Source of the DNA: an uncultured Chthonomonadaceae bacterium
GTDB lineage: Bacteria > Armatimonadota > Chthonomonadetes > Chthonomonadales > Chthonomonadaceae
Length of the DNA: 64,000 bases
Assembly: GCA_963835065.1 (NCBI GenBank)
Contig: CAWIEK010000045.1
Location: 83,804 to 147,803 of the forward strand
Reading direction: 5' to 3'
The notes beneath the pieces are model-generated. The model saw only the letters and a list, made by a program, of their open reading frames with translations, had not been told where the DNA came from and did not search any database. The stretch's first letter is position 1. Every line of letters starts with the position of its first letter. Positions 20,329-30,535 of the stretch are shown piece after piece. The translations under genes were made by a program, and so were the position numbers.

Positions 20329-22857
20329 ATGAACCGTAGGTTTGGGTTGGCGGTACGCGCCTTTCTAGTTCCCGCAAAGCGCCGACTGTCCGCACTGTTT
20401 GCTGTCCTTTTGGCTTGTGCGGGACTTACTTATGCCGACCAGCGCGTCGCCTATATACAGTTGGGCAGACAGCCCGACGGCAGTTTTCTTGTTTCCACCG
20501 AGCAGCGCATCGAACCCGGCGCTATTGCCTTCAACGGACGGCCCATTGACATGGCGCTGCATCCCTCTGGCGCGTTTCTCGCGGTGCTGAATCAGAGGAG
20601 TGTCCTGCTGGTCGCCCCGGACGGCGTTATTGCCGGTTCCAGCGTACTCCTCCATACGGGCGCGGGGTTTCGCGGCGCGGTCTGGTCCCCGGACGGCAGG
20701 CGCTTGTTTGTCAGCACGGCTGCCGGATACGTTCAGGAACTGGAACTGCAGGGCCGCAAACTTACGCCCGGCCCGATGATTCAAATCAAACCCGCCGGCG
20801 AAAAGGCGAACCCGCGTCCCGGCGGAATGGCGATCACGCGGGATGGCTCCCGATTGTTCGTGGCCGCTTGCGACCGCAACGCCGTCGCCGAAATAGACCT
20901 GACTGCCAACAAATGGGTGCGCGAGTACCCGGTTCAGAACCTGCCGTTTGAAGTGAAACTGAGCGCGGACGAGAAAACGCTGATTGTCACCAACTGGGGC
21001 GGGCGCGAGGCTACGGACGAGGACGACCGCGCCGGCAGCGGCAACACCGTTATCGTGGTGGACCCGCGCGGCGCGGCGGCTTCCGGCACAGTCTGCCTCA
21101 TCCGCCGGGGCAGTGGCGAGACAAAGCGCCTGAAGGTCGGCCTGCATCCTACGGCGATTGCCGTACAGGATAATTTCGCCTACGTCACCAATGCCGCCAG
21201 CGATACCCTGTCGGAAATTGATCTTGCCGCCGGGCAGGTGGTTCGCTCGATACCAATCAAATGGAGAGGCATGACCGTTTTCGGCAGCATGCCCTGCGCC
21301 CTGGCGGTGCGCGGCCAGATCGCTTATGTCTGCAACGGCGGCGATAACGCTGTGTGCGAGGTTGACCTGGCGCGGGGCAGTGTACGAGGATTCCGGCCTG
21401 CCGGCTATTATCCCGTCGCCATTGCCCTCGACAACAGCGGACAGAAAGCCTACGTTCTCAATACCAAAGGCAACGGCTCCGTGCGGCGCACCGGCATGAA
21501 CCGTTCCGGCAACGCGCACGATTTTCAAGGAACCGTTTCGGTTGTAGACCTTGCGGCGGATCTGCGAGCCACGACACAGCGGGTTGCCGACAACAACGGC
21601 TGGAATCGGGATCGGAGCGCGCTCCGTCCACCCCTGGCGGTCTATCGCGGCGCGATTCAGCATGTCCTTTACATCATTAAGGAGAACCGCACCTATGACG
21701 AGGTGCTTGGCGACATGCCGCAGGGCAACGGCAATCCGCGCCTGTGCTACCTGAGCGAACGCCTGACGCCCAACCAACACGCGCTTGCCCGCCAGTTCAC
21801 GCTGTTCGACAACGCTTACGTCAGCGGAACCAACAGCGCGGATGGGCATCAATGGTGTACGCAGGCGCTGGCAGGCGACTATCTGGAACACTTCTTCACC
21901 GGGTATCGCACCTATCCCTTCGATGGCAGCGACGGCATGGCGATCTCTCCCGCCGGCAGCCTGTGGGACGCCGCGCTCCGAAAACATCGGACATTTCGGG
22001 ATTATGGCGAGTTCTGCGACGCCAAACTCGCTACGTTTACCCCGCCCGTGAAAACCTGGCTGGATGCCTGGCAGGATCGAACCAGTGGCAAAAACCTCAT
22101 TGAGCCGCACTCCGGGACGCGCATTGTCGCCCTGCGCCCCTATCTGAACCGCCGGGTTGTTTGCTGGCCCCTGCTGGAAAGCGATCAGGAACGCGCCGAC
22201 GTGTTCATTGGCGAGTACAACCGCTTCAGCCGCGCCGACAAAGTGCCCAATCTGATGATCCTGACCCTGCCCTGCGACCACACGGAAGGCCGCAATCCGA
22301 ACTACCCGAAACCGCAGTGCATGGTGGCCGATAACGACCTCGCGTTGGGGCGCGTGGTGGATGCCGTCAGCAAAAGCCCGCAGTGGCGAAACACCTGCAT
22401 ATTCGTCATCGAAGACGACGCGCAGTTCGGCCTGGATCACGTAGATGGACACCGTACTGTGTACTTTGCGCTCAGTCCGTATACGCGGCGCGGCTTTGTG
22501 GACCACGAAATGTGCAACACAGTTTCTATGATCCGCTCCATCGAACTGATGCTCGGTCTTGATCCGATGAATCGCTTCGATGCGCTCACGCCTCCGCTTG
22601 CCGGCTGCTTTTCCGACACGCCCGACCTTTCCCCCTATACCTTCGTACTCAACCGCATCCCCCTGGACGACATGAATCCGCCGCCCCGTTCGCTTTCAGG
22701 TCTGGAGCGTCAATGGACGGAGCGGTCAATCGCCCTGGATTGGAGCGATGCCGACCACGCAGACGCGCAAACCCTCAATCGCATCCTCTGGCACACGGTA
22801 CAGGGCGTGAATACCCCCTACCCGCAAGATACGGATACACCCTACCTTGCCTATTGA
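20329..22857 (+). CDS. Bifunctional YncE/YVTN beta-propeller plus phosphoesterase (alkaline phosphatase-like)
   Basis: Propeller repeats; HVLYIIKENRTYDEVLGD, SADGHQW, ADNDLALGR, EDDAQFGLDHVDGHR. Confidence 0.9.
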   Translation: MNRRFGLAVRAFLVPAKRRLSALFAVLLACAGLTYADQRVAYIQLGRQPDGSFLVSTEQRIEPGAIAFNGRPIDMALHPSGAFLAVLNQRSVLLVAPDGVIAGSSVLLHTGAGFRGAVWSPDGRRLFVSTAAGYVQELELQGRKLTPGPMIQIKPAGEKANPRPGGMAITRDGSRLFVAACDRNAVAEIDLTANKWVREYPVQNLPFEVKLSADEKTLIVTNWGGREATDEDDRAGSGNTVIVVDPRGAAASGTVCLIRRGSGETKRLKVGLHPTAIAVQDNFAYVTNAASDTLSEIDLAAGQVVRSIPIKWRGMTVFGSMPCALAVRGQIAYVCNGGDNAVCEVDLARGSVRGFRPAGYYPVAIALDNSGQKAYVLNTKGNGSVRRTGMNRSGNAHDFQGTVSVVDLAADLRATTQRVADNNGWNRDRSALRPPLAVYRGAIQHVLYIIKENRTYDEVLGDMPQGNGNPRLCYLSERLTPNQHALARQFTLFDNAYVSGTNSADGHQWCTQALAGDYLEHFFTGYRTYPFDGSDGMAISPAGSLWDAALRKHRTFRDYGEFCDAKLATFTPPVKTWLDAWQDRTSGKNLIEPHSGTRIVALRPYLNRRVVCWPLLESDQERADVFIGEYNRFSRADKVPNLMILTLPCDHTEGRNPNYPKPQCMVADNDLALGRVVDAVSKSPQWRNTCIFVIEDDAQFGLDHVDGHRTVYFALSPYTRRGFVDHEMCNTVSMIRSIELMLGLDPMNRFDALTPPLAGCFSDTPDLSPYTFVLNRIPLDDMNPPPRSLSGLERQWTERSIALDWSDADHADAQTLNRILWHTVQGVNTPYPQDTDTPYLAY

Positions 22858-22863
22858 ACTCCC

Positions 22864-24534
22864 CTACCTTTCTCCGTTTGGCGCGGCGGCAGGCGCGGAC
22901 GCTGGTGGAGAGGCAAGGGGAGCAACCATGCGGGCGGGCGTATCCGTGTGTCCGGTCACTTCCGTAAAGTCGTAGGGATGGCTGGCGGTGGAATAAAAAC
23001 TGCGGTCAGGCAGAAGTGGGTATTTCAAGCCGAAAACATACGTCAGCACAATGCGAAACGAGTTTACCGGCGTGATAGTGTCGTACAGATGAACCCGCGC
23101 TTTTTCCGGCACATAGTAGGCGTTGAGGATGGAAAACGGCTCCCGCAGATCCGTATTTTGCAGGCTTTCCCAATCCAAATTCATGCGCGACCCATGATCG
23201 CCCTGAATAATGATAATCGGCGGGCGGCGCGACTGGCGTAAAATCGCGTCAACCGCTTCCAGAGTGCGCCGGTTCACATATTGCAGTTGGGCAATGTAAC
23301 CGCTTTTGTACTCTTCCCGCGTAATCTGCTGCAGCAGCCACGAAGCATCCGCAAAATTCAGAGATCCATGCGGATTGATTGGTTCGCCGTTCGCGCCGAA
23401 TACGAAGGGCGGGTGCGGAGCGAGCGCATGCGCGAACACGAACTTCGAGTAAGGCAATTGCGCCACCGTGTTCAGATTATTGAACACTCCCATCAGACGC
23501 GCCCGGTGACTGTCGTAGCGGGCGCGCTGAAACTCAGAATTATTGCCCATCGGCGTGTAATTGAGAGCCTGCCCCTCGAACGGAGAAATATCCGGTTCGG
23601 CGTTCAGCACCAGGTCCGGCGTGACATTGCGGGTTTCTTCCAGCCCGGACCAGATGTTGACATAGTGGTAGCCGAAAGGCCGGAGGCGGGCGGCAACAGC
23701 ATTGTCATCTATCTTCTGCCGCATCACCTCCGGGTCAAGCCTGTCGGGGAAACTTTGCAGATAGTTCATGTTGAGCGCGGTCGCTATGCACAACTGCGTT
23801 TGATCGTAATTGGCCCCGCTGTGCCGGGCAATGTAAAAGCCGCGTTTTTCCAATTCCTGCAAAAACGGCGTGTTGTCGTAGCCGTAAAAGGTTTGCAGGC
23901 GATCCGCCCGCCCGTAAGCATCCAGAATGATGTAGTAGACATCGGGCTGATCGGCGGAAGCAGGCGGCGGAATGGGCGAATGGCGGATGGTGGCGGCAGG
24001 CGTTCCGCCCCCATGTCCCGCCTGCCCGTTTGTCCCATGCGCGTTCCAGAGACTGCCGATTAACGTCCATGCGGAAGGCAGCACGAGCAGCGCGGAAGCG
24101 AAATTCAGGGCGGCAGTGGCATCCAGCAGCGGACGCGAGGTTCGGAGCGTGAGGACAAGCAGCGCAATCAGGCCGATTATGCAGGCCGGGCCGACCATTC
24201 CTTGCAGCGCAGGCGGCGTCACGTTCCGAATGTGCGCGTAAGAAAAGAACAGCAATACGGCTGCCGACGCGACGATTGCGCCCTTGCGAACGTGCCGACT
24301 GACGATGCCAAAGAACGTCCAGACAGCCACCGTCGCCAATAGCGTGACGCCAAGAGGTCGAACAAGCTGCGCGACAGGCGTCTGGCCGAGGTTGTGTACG
24401 AAAAGCGCCAGAATGGGGAAAACAGCAAATAAAAGCGGATGGAACGGCACAACGCGGCGAGGGCGGGCCGAGGGCTTCTTTGCGGATTCGGGGGGAACGC
24501 CCGCAGACTCCGGTTCTGAAGACGACATGCTCAT
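22864..24534 (-). CDS. Membrane protein with sulfatase/LTA-synthase-like domain (NoeB-like)
   Basis: Five TM helices then PDVYYIILDAYGR, HALAPHPPF, IIIQGDHG. Confidence 0.82.
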   Translation of the reverse strand: MSMSSSEPESAGVPPESAKKPSARPRRVVPFHPLLFAVFPILALFVHNLGQTPVAQLVRPLGVTLLATVAVWTFFGIVSRHVRKGAIVASAAVLLFFSYAHIRNVTPPALQGMVGPACIIGLIALLVLTLRTSRPLLDATAALNFASALLVLPSAWTLIGSLWNAHGTNGQAGHGGGTPAATIRHSPIPPPASADQPDVYYIILDAYGRADRLQTFYGYDNTPFLQELEKRGFYIARHSGANYDQTQLCIATALNMNYLQSFPDRLDPEVMRQKIDDNAVAARLRPFGYHYVNIWSGLEETRNVTPDLVLNAEPDISPFEGQALNYTPMGNNSEFQRARYDSHRARLMGVFNNLNTVAQLPYSKFVFAHALAPHPPFVFGANGEPINPHGSLNFADASWLLQQITREEYKSGYIAQLQYVNRRTLEAVDAILRQSRRPPIIIIQGDHGSRMNLDWESLQNTDLREPFSILNAYYVPEKARVHLYDTITPVNSFRIVLTYVFGLKYPLLPDRSFYSTASHPYDFTEVTGHTDTPARMVAPLASPPASAPAAAPNGER

Positions 24535-25937
24535 TGTGAATTCCCCGGCAGCGTCCTTCCCTGCATCAGGTAGAGCGTTCTTTCGCTGTCCGGCACGGGA
24601 ACCGCGCGAACGATGTCAAATGAACGGCGGAATGCGGTTTCAAAGCCTTCTTGAGAATACGTGTCGAAGATGTCTTTTCGGCTGGCAAGCAGGCGCTTTA
24701 CCTGCGAGTCGCTTTTGGGAATAAACTCGACGATCAGCCATTGGGCACAGGCGCGAAAAAACCGCGCGACATTGCCGAGCGGCACATTGTTGCCGATAGC
24801 GAGATGATGCACGAGCGCGAGCGCCATTGCCACATCCGCGGGGCCGCGCTTCAGCAGCGACTGTCTTTCCTCCAGCGCCCACCCCAGATTGGGACTTGGA
24901 TTTGTCAGGTCCTGCACGAGCGGCAGGATTCGCGCTTCCCCTGCCGCGCGGCCTTCCAGATAGTTCTTTTCCACAGCAGCGGGATCAATGTCCCACGCAA
25001 GCGTAAAAGTGTCGCGCTGCGCGGCAAGACGGCTGAACACGCCTGTATTCGCGCCCAAATCCCACGCCATTCGCGGGCGAGGCGTAACGCTGTCCAGCAT
25101 TTCCCCGACCAGTCGGCGCTTCCCCTCCATAGCCCCCTCGGAGTAGTTCGTCTGCGTGTAATATTCCGCCCACGTCGTGCCGGCAGGCTTCCAATTTTGG
25201 GCGCGCACCGTGCCTTCCAGACTGTCAATCAGACTGAGCAGGGCTGTTCGGGTCATGCGAGCGGCTGTGCCGGAACGGTCTACGGCCTGCCCCTGAAAGC
25301 GGTTTTGCGCGGCGGCGTGAATGTGGATATGCGAGAGCAGACCGGGACGCAGCCACGTGGCGCGGGGCAGCAGGCGGCTGGCGAGGTCCAGCGCAATGCC
25401 GTCCACATCCGTACGCAGCAGTTTTTGGAGCCGAATGTCCGTTCGGCTCATCAGCGCAAGGGGGGCAAGGAAATGCTGGCAGAACTGTTTATAAGCGTCC
25501 CAGGGCTTGCCTTCCACAACCGTTTCAAAGGAAAGGGTGTCTATCAGCGTCGGCTTGCCATTTCGGAACTGGATATTGTAGGCGCTGGCATCCTTAAGAG
25601 ACATGCCGAAGCGCAGCGCTTCCTTCTGAATTTGCAGCGTTGCCAGCGCGGCATCCTTCAGTTGGCTGAAGCACCATTCGTATGGATAGGAGATAAAAGA
25701 AAGCCGTTCCGGGCGGAGAACGCGGTAAGCATCTCCGGTCATGGCGCTGGCGGCGTCCTCTTCAACATGGGGAATCAGCAGGCCGGCGGTGACGAGAGCC
25801 TCGTACAGCCCCGACTCCATCAGTTTCGCGTAGTCCTCGCGGTAGCCGTTCTGAACCTGGCGGAAAAGCGTGTCGTCTCGATAAAAGATAAAGCCGCTGG
25901 TGTCTCGGAAAGAACCCGGTTCAATGGATGTGGTCAT
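24531..25937 (-). CDS. NoeA-like SAM-dependent methyltransferase with kinase-like N-domain
   Basis: SFRDTSGFIF, SYPYEW, LKDASAYNIQF, LIDTLSF, WDLGANTG, ALALVHHLAI. Confidence 0.85.
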   Translation of the reverse strand: MTTSIEPGSFRDTSGFIFYRDDTLFRQVQNGYREDYAKLMESGLYEALVTAGLLIPHVEEDAASAMTGDAYRVLRPERLSFISYPYEWCFSQLKDAALATLQIQKEALRFGMSLKDASAYNIQFRNGKPTLIDTLSFETVVEGKPWDAYKQFCQHFLAPLALMSRTDIRLQKLLRTDVDGIALDLASRLLPRATWLRPGLLSHIHIHAAAQNRFQGQAVDRSGTAARMTRTALLSLIDSLEGTVRAQNWKPAGTTWAEYYTQTNYSEGAMEGKRRLVGEMLDSVTPRPRMAWDLGANTGVFSRLAAQRDTFTLAWDIDPAAVEKNYLEGRAAGEARILPLVQDLTNPSPNLGWALEERQSLLKRGPADVAMALALVHHLAIGNNVPLGNVARFFRACAQWLIVEFIPKSDSQVKRLLASRKDIFDTYSQEGFETAFRRSFDIVRAVPVPDSERTLYLMQGRTLPGNSQ

Positions 25938-26161
25938 TCCTCGCCGCGCGTCCCTGGGTCATTCTCTGGGTCATTCTTACGAGTGAAGCGTCCGACAATG
26001 AAGTTTTTCAGCCGCTGCCAGTACATCTTCATTGTAAAGACGAGCGTGAGAATGCCGGCCATAGCCATTTGGATCATGTAGCTGCCGCTGCCGGCATCAA
26101 TATAAGCGTGGGCGGGCGCGGTGGCCGCAAGCAGCAGCGCGGCGATTACCAGGTAAACCAT
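25934..26161 (-). CDS. Small 'AYIDxGxGS' family membrane protein (75 aa)
   Basis: Signal-like segment ending AHA, then YIDAGSGSYMIQ, a TM helix and a basic tail; RBS present; stop overlaps the next start. Confidence 0.8.
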   Translation of the reverse strand: MVYLVIAALLLAATAPAHAYIDAGSGSYMIQMAMAGILTLVFTMKMYWQRLKNFIVGRFTRKNDPENDPGTRGEE

Positions 26162-26578
26162 GATGGGGGTCCTTCCTGCAAGGAAATCAGGAGAAAAATA
26201 GCGAAGCCGCACCGGATCAATGGCTTCTGTAGCTAGAATGACGAATGGAATAGAGAATAGTTCTGTTAAACTTTGACATAGTTTCGCTAAATTTCGGCCT
26301 TTGTGCCTTGCCACAGGAAAAACGACTGGATATAACGGATTGGTTATGCGCGGTATTTGTCTGCCAATGGCGTTTGCCCCGTTGGTTCCGGCGCAGGCGT
26401 TGCGCAATCTCTGCCGACTCGTGCTATAATGACGTGTGAAAAATCATTAACCCAAGTGAGAACGGACAGGATGGACAAAAATAAACGTCCGGCCTGCGCC
26501 GTCTTTTACACCGTCCGACACGTATTAAACACGTATCTGAGCGCCCTGGAAATAAACACAACAGGAGAGGATAGATAG

Positions 26579-27592
26579 ATGGCCGATACCACCATGGAAC
26601 GACCTGCGGAAAACAGCTCTTACCGCGATGAGCTGGCAGGGTTGTACCGCCTGATGCTTCTCATACGCCGCCTGGAAGAATCCGTCTACCGCAAATTCCA
26701 TGAAGCGAAAATCGGCGGCTATCTGCACCGCTACGATGGCATGGAGGCGCTGGTTGTCGGCGTTATCCCGCAACTTCAGCTTCCCGGTGATTATGTACTC
26801 TGCACCTACCGCGACCATGCCCACGCGCTTGCCTGCGGGACGTCGGCCCGCGCGGTCATGGCCGAACTGATGGGACGCGCTACGGGCTGCGCCCTGGGCA
26901 AGGGTGGCTCCATGCACCTGACCGACCCTGAGCGCGGCTTTCTGGGCGGCGACGGTATTGTCGGCGGCCCGGTTCCCATTTCGCTCGGCGTTGGCTTCGC
27001 GTTGAAATACCGTAATACCAACAACATCTGCGTCTGCTACTTCGGCGACGGCGCGATGAATCAGGGCGGCGTTCACGAATCGCTGAACATGGTCGGCTTG
27101 TACAAACTGCCCGTTCTCTATATTCTGGAAAACAACCGCTACGCGATGGGCACGTCTGTCGAGCGTTCCACCAGCCAGCCCGATTTCGTGCTGAAGGCCA
27201 AAGCGCACGGGATCGCCGGCGAACAGGTGAATGGCATGGACTTGCTGACAATGCGGGACGCGGCCAAACGCGCGATTGAGCGCATCCGCGACACCGGCGA
27301 AGCCTACTTCCTGCAAGTGGATTGCGAGCGCTTCGTCGGACACGGCATCGGCGACGACAACACCAAAGCGTGGCAAACCTACCGCACTCAGGAGCAGCTT
27401 GACGAGATCAAGAATACGCGCGACCCCCTCAAAAACCTGCAGGACATGCTTCTCGCGGACGGCTACCTGACCATGCAGGACGTGGACAAGTTCGAGCAGG
27501 AAGTCCACGCGGAAGTGGAAGACGCCGTAGCCTTCGCCGAAGCCAGCCCCGAACCGCCGCTGGACAGTTTGTATGAGAATGTATTTTCGTAG
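26579..27592 (+). CDS. pdhA: Pyruvate dehydrogenase E1 alpha
   Basis: KIGGYLH, YRDHAH, GKGGSMH, FGDGAMNQG..HESLN, ENNRYAMGT. Confidence 0.93.
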   Translation: MADTTMERPAENSSYRDELAGLYRLMLLIRRLEESVYRKFHEAKIGGYLHRYDGMEALVVGVIPQLQLPGDYVLCTYRDHAHALACGTSARAVMAELMGRATGCALGKGGSMHLTDPERGFLGGDGIVGGPVPISLGVGFALKYRNTNNICVCYFGDGAMNQGGVHESLNMVGLYKLPVLYILENNRYAMGTSVERSTSQPDFVLKAKAHGIAGEQVNGMDLLTMRDAAKRAIERIRDTGEAYFLQVDCERFVGHGIGDDNTKAWQTYRTQEQLDEIKNTRDPLKNLQDMLLADGYLTMQDVDKFEQEVHAEVEDAVAFAEASPEPPLDSLYENVFS

Positions 27593-27711
27593 GTAGACGG
27601 TAGACGGTAGACGGTAGACGGTAACACGTCTGCCGCTCGCCGACTACGCAAATGCAGCAAGCCCAACTTGTAAGACGGCTACCGTATTCCGTCTACCGTC
27701 TACCGTCTACC
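27593..27711. repeat. Inverted heptamer arrays (GTAGACG)4 ... (CGTCTAC)3
   Basis: Fills the pdhA stop to pdhB RBS interval. Confidence 0.9.
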
Positions 27712-27725
27712 TTTTGGAGACTTGA

Positions 27726-28703
27726 ATGGCCGTAATGCGCTATCAGCAGGCGCTTCGACTCGCGATGACCGAGGAGATGGAGCGCGACGAAGATGTGTTT
27801 ATTTGTGGGGAAGAAGTGGGGCAGTATCAGGGCACGTACCGCGTGACCGAAGGGATGCTGCAAAAGTTCGGGCCGAAGCGCGTGGTGGACACGCCTATCA
27901 GCGAAATCGGCATTGCGGGTTTGGCGACAGGCGCGGCGATGGTCGGGATGCGCCCAGTCGCCGAATTCATGACGTGGTCGTTCGCCCTCGAAGCGATGGA
28001 TCAGCTTGTCAATCATGCCGCCAAGATTACCTACATGTCGGGCGGGCGAATTCAATGCCCGGTTGTGTTTCGCGGGCCGGCGGGCGTCGGCACGCAGCTT
28101 TCCGCCCAGCACTCCCAAAGCATGGAGTCATGGTACGCCCATACGCCCGGCTTCAAAGTGGTAATGCCCGCGATGCCGGAAGACGCGAAGGGGCTGCTGA
28201 AAACCGCCATCCGCGAAAACAACCCGGTTATCTTTATGGAACACGCGGGCTTGTACGGCTTGCAGGGCGAAGTGCCGGATGACCCCGACTTCACCGTGCC
28301 GTTCGGACAGGCGGCGGTGCGGCGCGAAGGCAAGGACATTTCGCTGATTTCGTATTCGCGCGGCCTGCATCTGTGCCTGAAAGCGGCGGACATACTGGCG
28401 AAAGACAAGATTGACTGCGAAGTAATAGACCTGCGGACGCTGGTTCCGCTTGATATGGATACGGTCGTCAAGTCCGTTCAAAAGACGCATCGCGCGGTTT
28501 TGGCACAGGAAGAATGGAAAAATGTCGGATTCATGGCAGAAGTGGCCGCGCGCATCTATGAGCAGGCGTTTGATTCTATGGACGCGCCCATTGAGCGCGT
28601 CGGCGGCGCAGACGTTCCCATGCCCTACGCCAAAAACCTGGAAACCGCCGCTATTCCCACCGCCAACGACGTTGTAGCCGCTGTTAAACGCGCATTAGCA
28701 TAG
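27726..28703 (+). CDS. pdhB: Pyruvate dehydrogenase E1 beta
   Basis: GEEVGQYQG, DTPISE, EFMT, QHSQ, EVIDLRTL, PMPYAKNLE. Confidence 0.95.
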   Translation: MAVMRYQQALRLAMTEEMERDEDVFICGEEVGQYQGTYRVTEGMLQKFGPKRVVDTPISEIGIAGLATGAAMVGMRPVAEFMTWSFALEAMDQLVNHAAKITYMSGGRIQCPVVFRGPAGVGTQLSAQHSQSMESWYAHTPGFKVVMPAMPEDAKGLLKTAIRENNPVIFMEHAGLYGLQGEVPDDPDFTVPFGQAAVRREGKDISLISYSRGLHLCLKAADILAKDKIDCEVIDLRTLVPLDMDTVVKSVQKTHRAVLAQEEWKNVGFMAEVAARIYEQAFDSMDAPIERVGGADVPMPYAKNLETAAIPTANDVVAAVKRALA

Positions 28704-28710
28704 AAGAACG

Positions 28711-28836
28711 AGGGAAAAGGGAAAAGGGAAAAGGGAAAAGCAAACGTGTTGCTAGTGACTGCGGCCATTCCTTGCACATTATAAGCCGACTTTCGCGCTG
28801 CACTACTTTTCCCTTTTCCCTTTTCCCTTTTCCCTT
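28711..28836. repeat. Inverted heptamer arrays (AGGGAAA)4 ... (TTTCCCT)4
   Basis: Fills the pdhB stop to pdhC RBS interval. Confidence 0.9.
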
Positions 28837-28849
28837 GCGAGGAACTCGC

Positions 28850-30160
28850 ATGGCTCTAGTTGATTTTAAGATGCCCAAAATGGGCGATGGCATGGAAGAG
28901 GGTACAGTCACCGAATGGCTGAAAAAAGAGGGCGATCCGGTCAAGAATGAAGAGGCGATTGCCAAAGTCGAGACCGACAAAGCCAACGTGGACATCGCCG
29001 CCACAGAAACGGGCACACTGTCCAAAATTATTGTGCAGGTCGGACAAACGGTTCCCGTTGGCGGCGTGATTGCGCAGATTGACAATGGGAAGGTGGCTCC
29101 CGCCCCACCGATATTTGTTCCTCCCACACCCACTCCGACACCTGACCCTCCCATAGACACCGAGGACTCCCACAAAACGACCGGGACAAATGGCAGCAAT
29201 GGCACGGGTGGTAACGGGCATGAGAAACCATCCTTACCGGTGTTTCCCTTGCTTCCGGGCGCAGAGCGCGTGAAAGCCTCGCCACTGGTTCGGGCGATAG
29301 CAAAAGAAAAGGGATTGGCGCTGGCGGAAATTCTCGGTACCGGGCCGGGCGGGCGCATTGTGCAGCGCGATGTGGTGGCCTATCTGCAAACCTTGCCGAG
29401 CGCTTCCACGCCCCCCGCGGTTTCGCCAACGCCTCCTGTAACAATTCCTGTTGTGTTTTCCGACGAGGATACCACGCAGGAGATTACACCGTCCAACATG
29501 CGTAAAGCTATTGCCAAACGCACGGCGCAAAGCAAGCAGAACATCCCCCATTTCTACGTTACCATGCTGGTCGAGATGGATCGCGCACTGGCTCTGCTGA
29601 AGGAACTGAACGCGGACACGAACGAAGGTAAAATCACGGTCAATGACATTATTGTGAAAGCCTGCGCCCGTTCGCTTGCCAGAGTGCCGGAGGTAAATTC
29701 GACATGGACGCCGGAAAACACGGTTAAGCGCTATGCCCACGCGCATATCGGCATTGCGGTCGGCATTGACGACGGCCTGATTATCCCGGTTGTGCGCGAT
29801 TGCCACAAGAAATCCCTGCGCGACATCTCTGCGGAAGCCAAGCAGTTGATTGTCAAGGCCAAAAACAACCAACTGAAGCCGGAAGAGTATCAAGGCGGCA
29901 CGTTCAGCGTTTCCAATTTGGGCATGATGGGCGTAGACGAGTTTATCGCTATCATCAACCCGCCGGAAGCCGCAATTCTGGCAATCGGCGGCATTGCGCG
30001 CGAACCCGTTGTGGCCGGCAACACGGATGAAATCGTGATCCGCTCCCGCATGAAAATAACCATCAGCGCCGATCACCGCCTGCTCGACGGCGTGGTAGCC
30101 GCCCGCTTCTTACAGGAAGTCAAGAAAGCGCTGGAAGCCCCCTTCTCGCTTCTGTCGTAG
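28850..30160 (+). CDS. pdhC: Pyruvate dehydrogenase E2 dihydrolipoamide acetyltransferase
   Basis: Lipoyl ETDKA, E3-binding ASPLVR..GTGPGGRI, catalytic DHRLLDG. Confidence 0.95.
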   Translation: MALVDFKMPKMGDGMEEGTVTEWLKKEGDPVKNEEAIAKVETDKANVDIAATETGTLSKIIVQVGQTVPVGGVIAQIDNGKVAPAPPIFVPPTPTPTPDPPIDTEDSHKTTGTNGSNGTGGNGHEKPSLPVFPLLPGAERVKASPLVRAIAKEKGLALAEILGTGPGGRIVQRDVVAYLQTLPSASTPPAVSPTPPVTIPVVFSDEDTTQEITPSNMRKAIAKRTAQSKQNIPHFYVTMLVEMDRALALLKELNADTNEGKITVNDIIVKACARSLARVPEVNSTWTPENTVKRYAHAHIGIAVGIDDGLIIPVVRDCHKKSLRDISAEAKQLIVKAKNNQLKPEEYQGGTFSVSNLGMMGVDEFIAIINPPEAAILAIGGIAREPVVAGNTDEIVIRSRMKITISADHRLLDGVVAARFLQEVKKALEAPFSLLS

Positions 30161-30185
30161 TTATCTTTACGCCTGTGTTCACACC

Positions 30186-30220
30186 AACGCCCGTTTTGTC
30201 ACCGCAAAATGGGCGTTTTG
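30186..30220 (+). terminator. Terminator of the pdh operon
   Basis: AACGCCCGTTTTG-TCACCG-CAAAATGGGCGTT followed by T. Confidence 0.7.
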
Positions 30221-30259
30221 TCCTTCATCAGTCAGGACGTATATTAAGGAGGTAACAAC

Positions 30260-30535
30260 ATGCCACATCCACGTTTCAAGAGTGGTGAAATTGGTGAAAT
30301 TGGTGAGGAGCTTTACAAGCAACGTATCCGCGCGCAGGTAGAGACTGAGGAGAACATCGGCAAACTGCTTTCCATTGATGTGGAAACCGGTGATTATGAA
30401 ATCGGCGATGACCAGAGTTTAGACGCGCCACGCCGCCTGCATGAAAAGCATCCCGGCGCGGCAGTGTATACGCTGCGCATCGGATACGATGCCGTCTATG
30501 CGATTGGCGGGGTTGTGGAGCGTACCGCTTCATGA
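30260..30535 (+). CDS. Small hypothetical protein typically upstream of clan AA protease genes
   Basis: GEELY..IR..VE.EENIGKLLSIDVETGDYEI...LRIG; AGGAGG RBS; stop overlaps the next start. Confidence 0.8.
   Translation: MPHPRFKSGEIGEIGEELYKQRIRAQVETEENIGKLLSIDVETGDYEIGDDQSLDAPRRLHEKHPGAAVYTLRIGYDAVYAIGGVVERTAS

Noticed and set aside
20365..22506. Long antisense ORFs (713 aa here; also 1183-2442, 24651-26081, 26525-27508, 52445-53533 and others)
   Set aside because: Shadow frames of well-supported genes in GC-rich DNA; no motifs.
27593..28836. Short tandem arrays as a CRISPR array
   Set aside because: Units are 7-bp head-to-tail repeats without unique spacers between 25-40-bp repeats, and no cas genes are present.
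28772..28849. N-terminal extensions on pdhC (also at 10138, 19583, 31823, 33142)
   Set aside because: These are translations of intergenic repeat arrays; better starts with RBS lie downstream.
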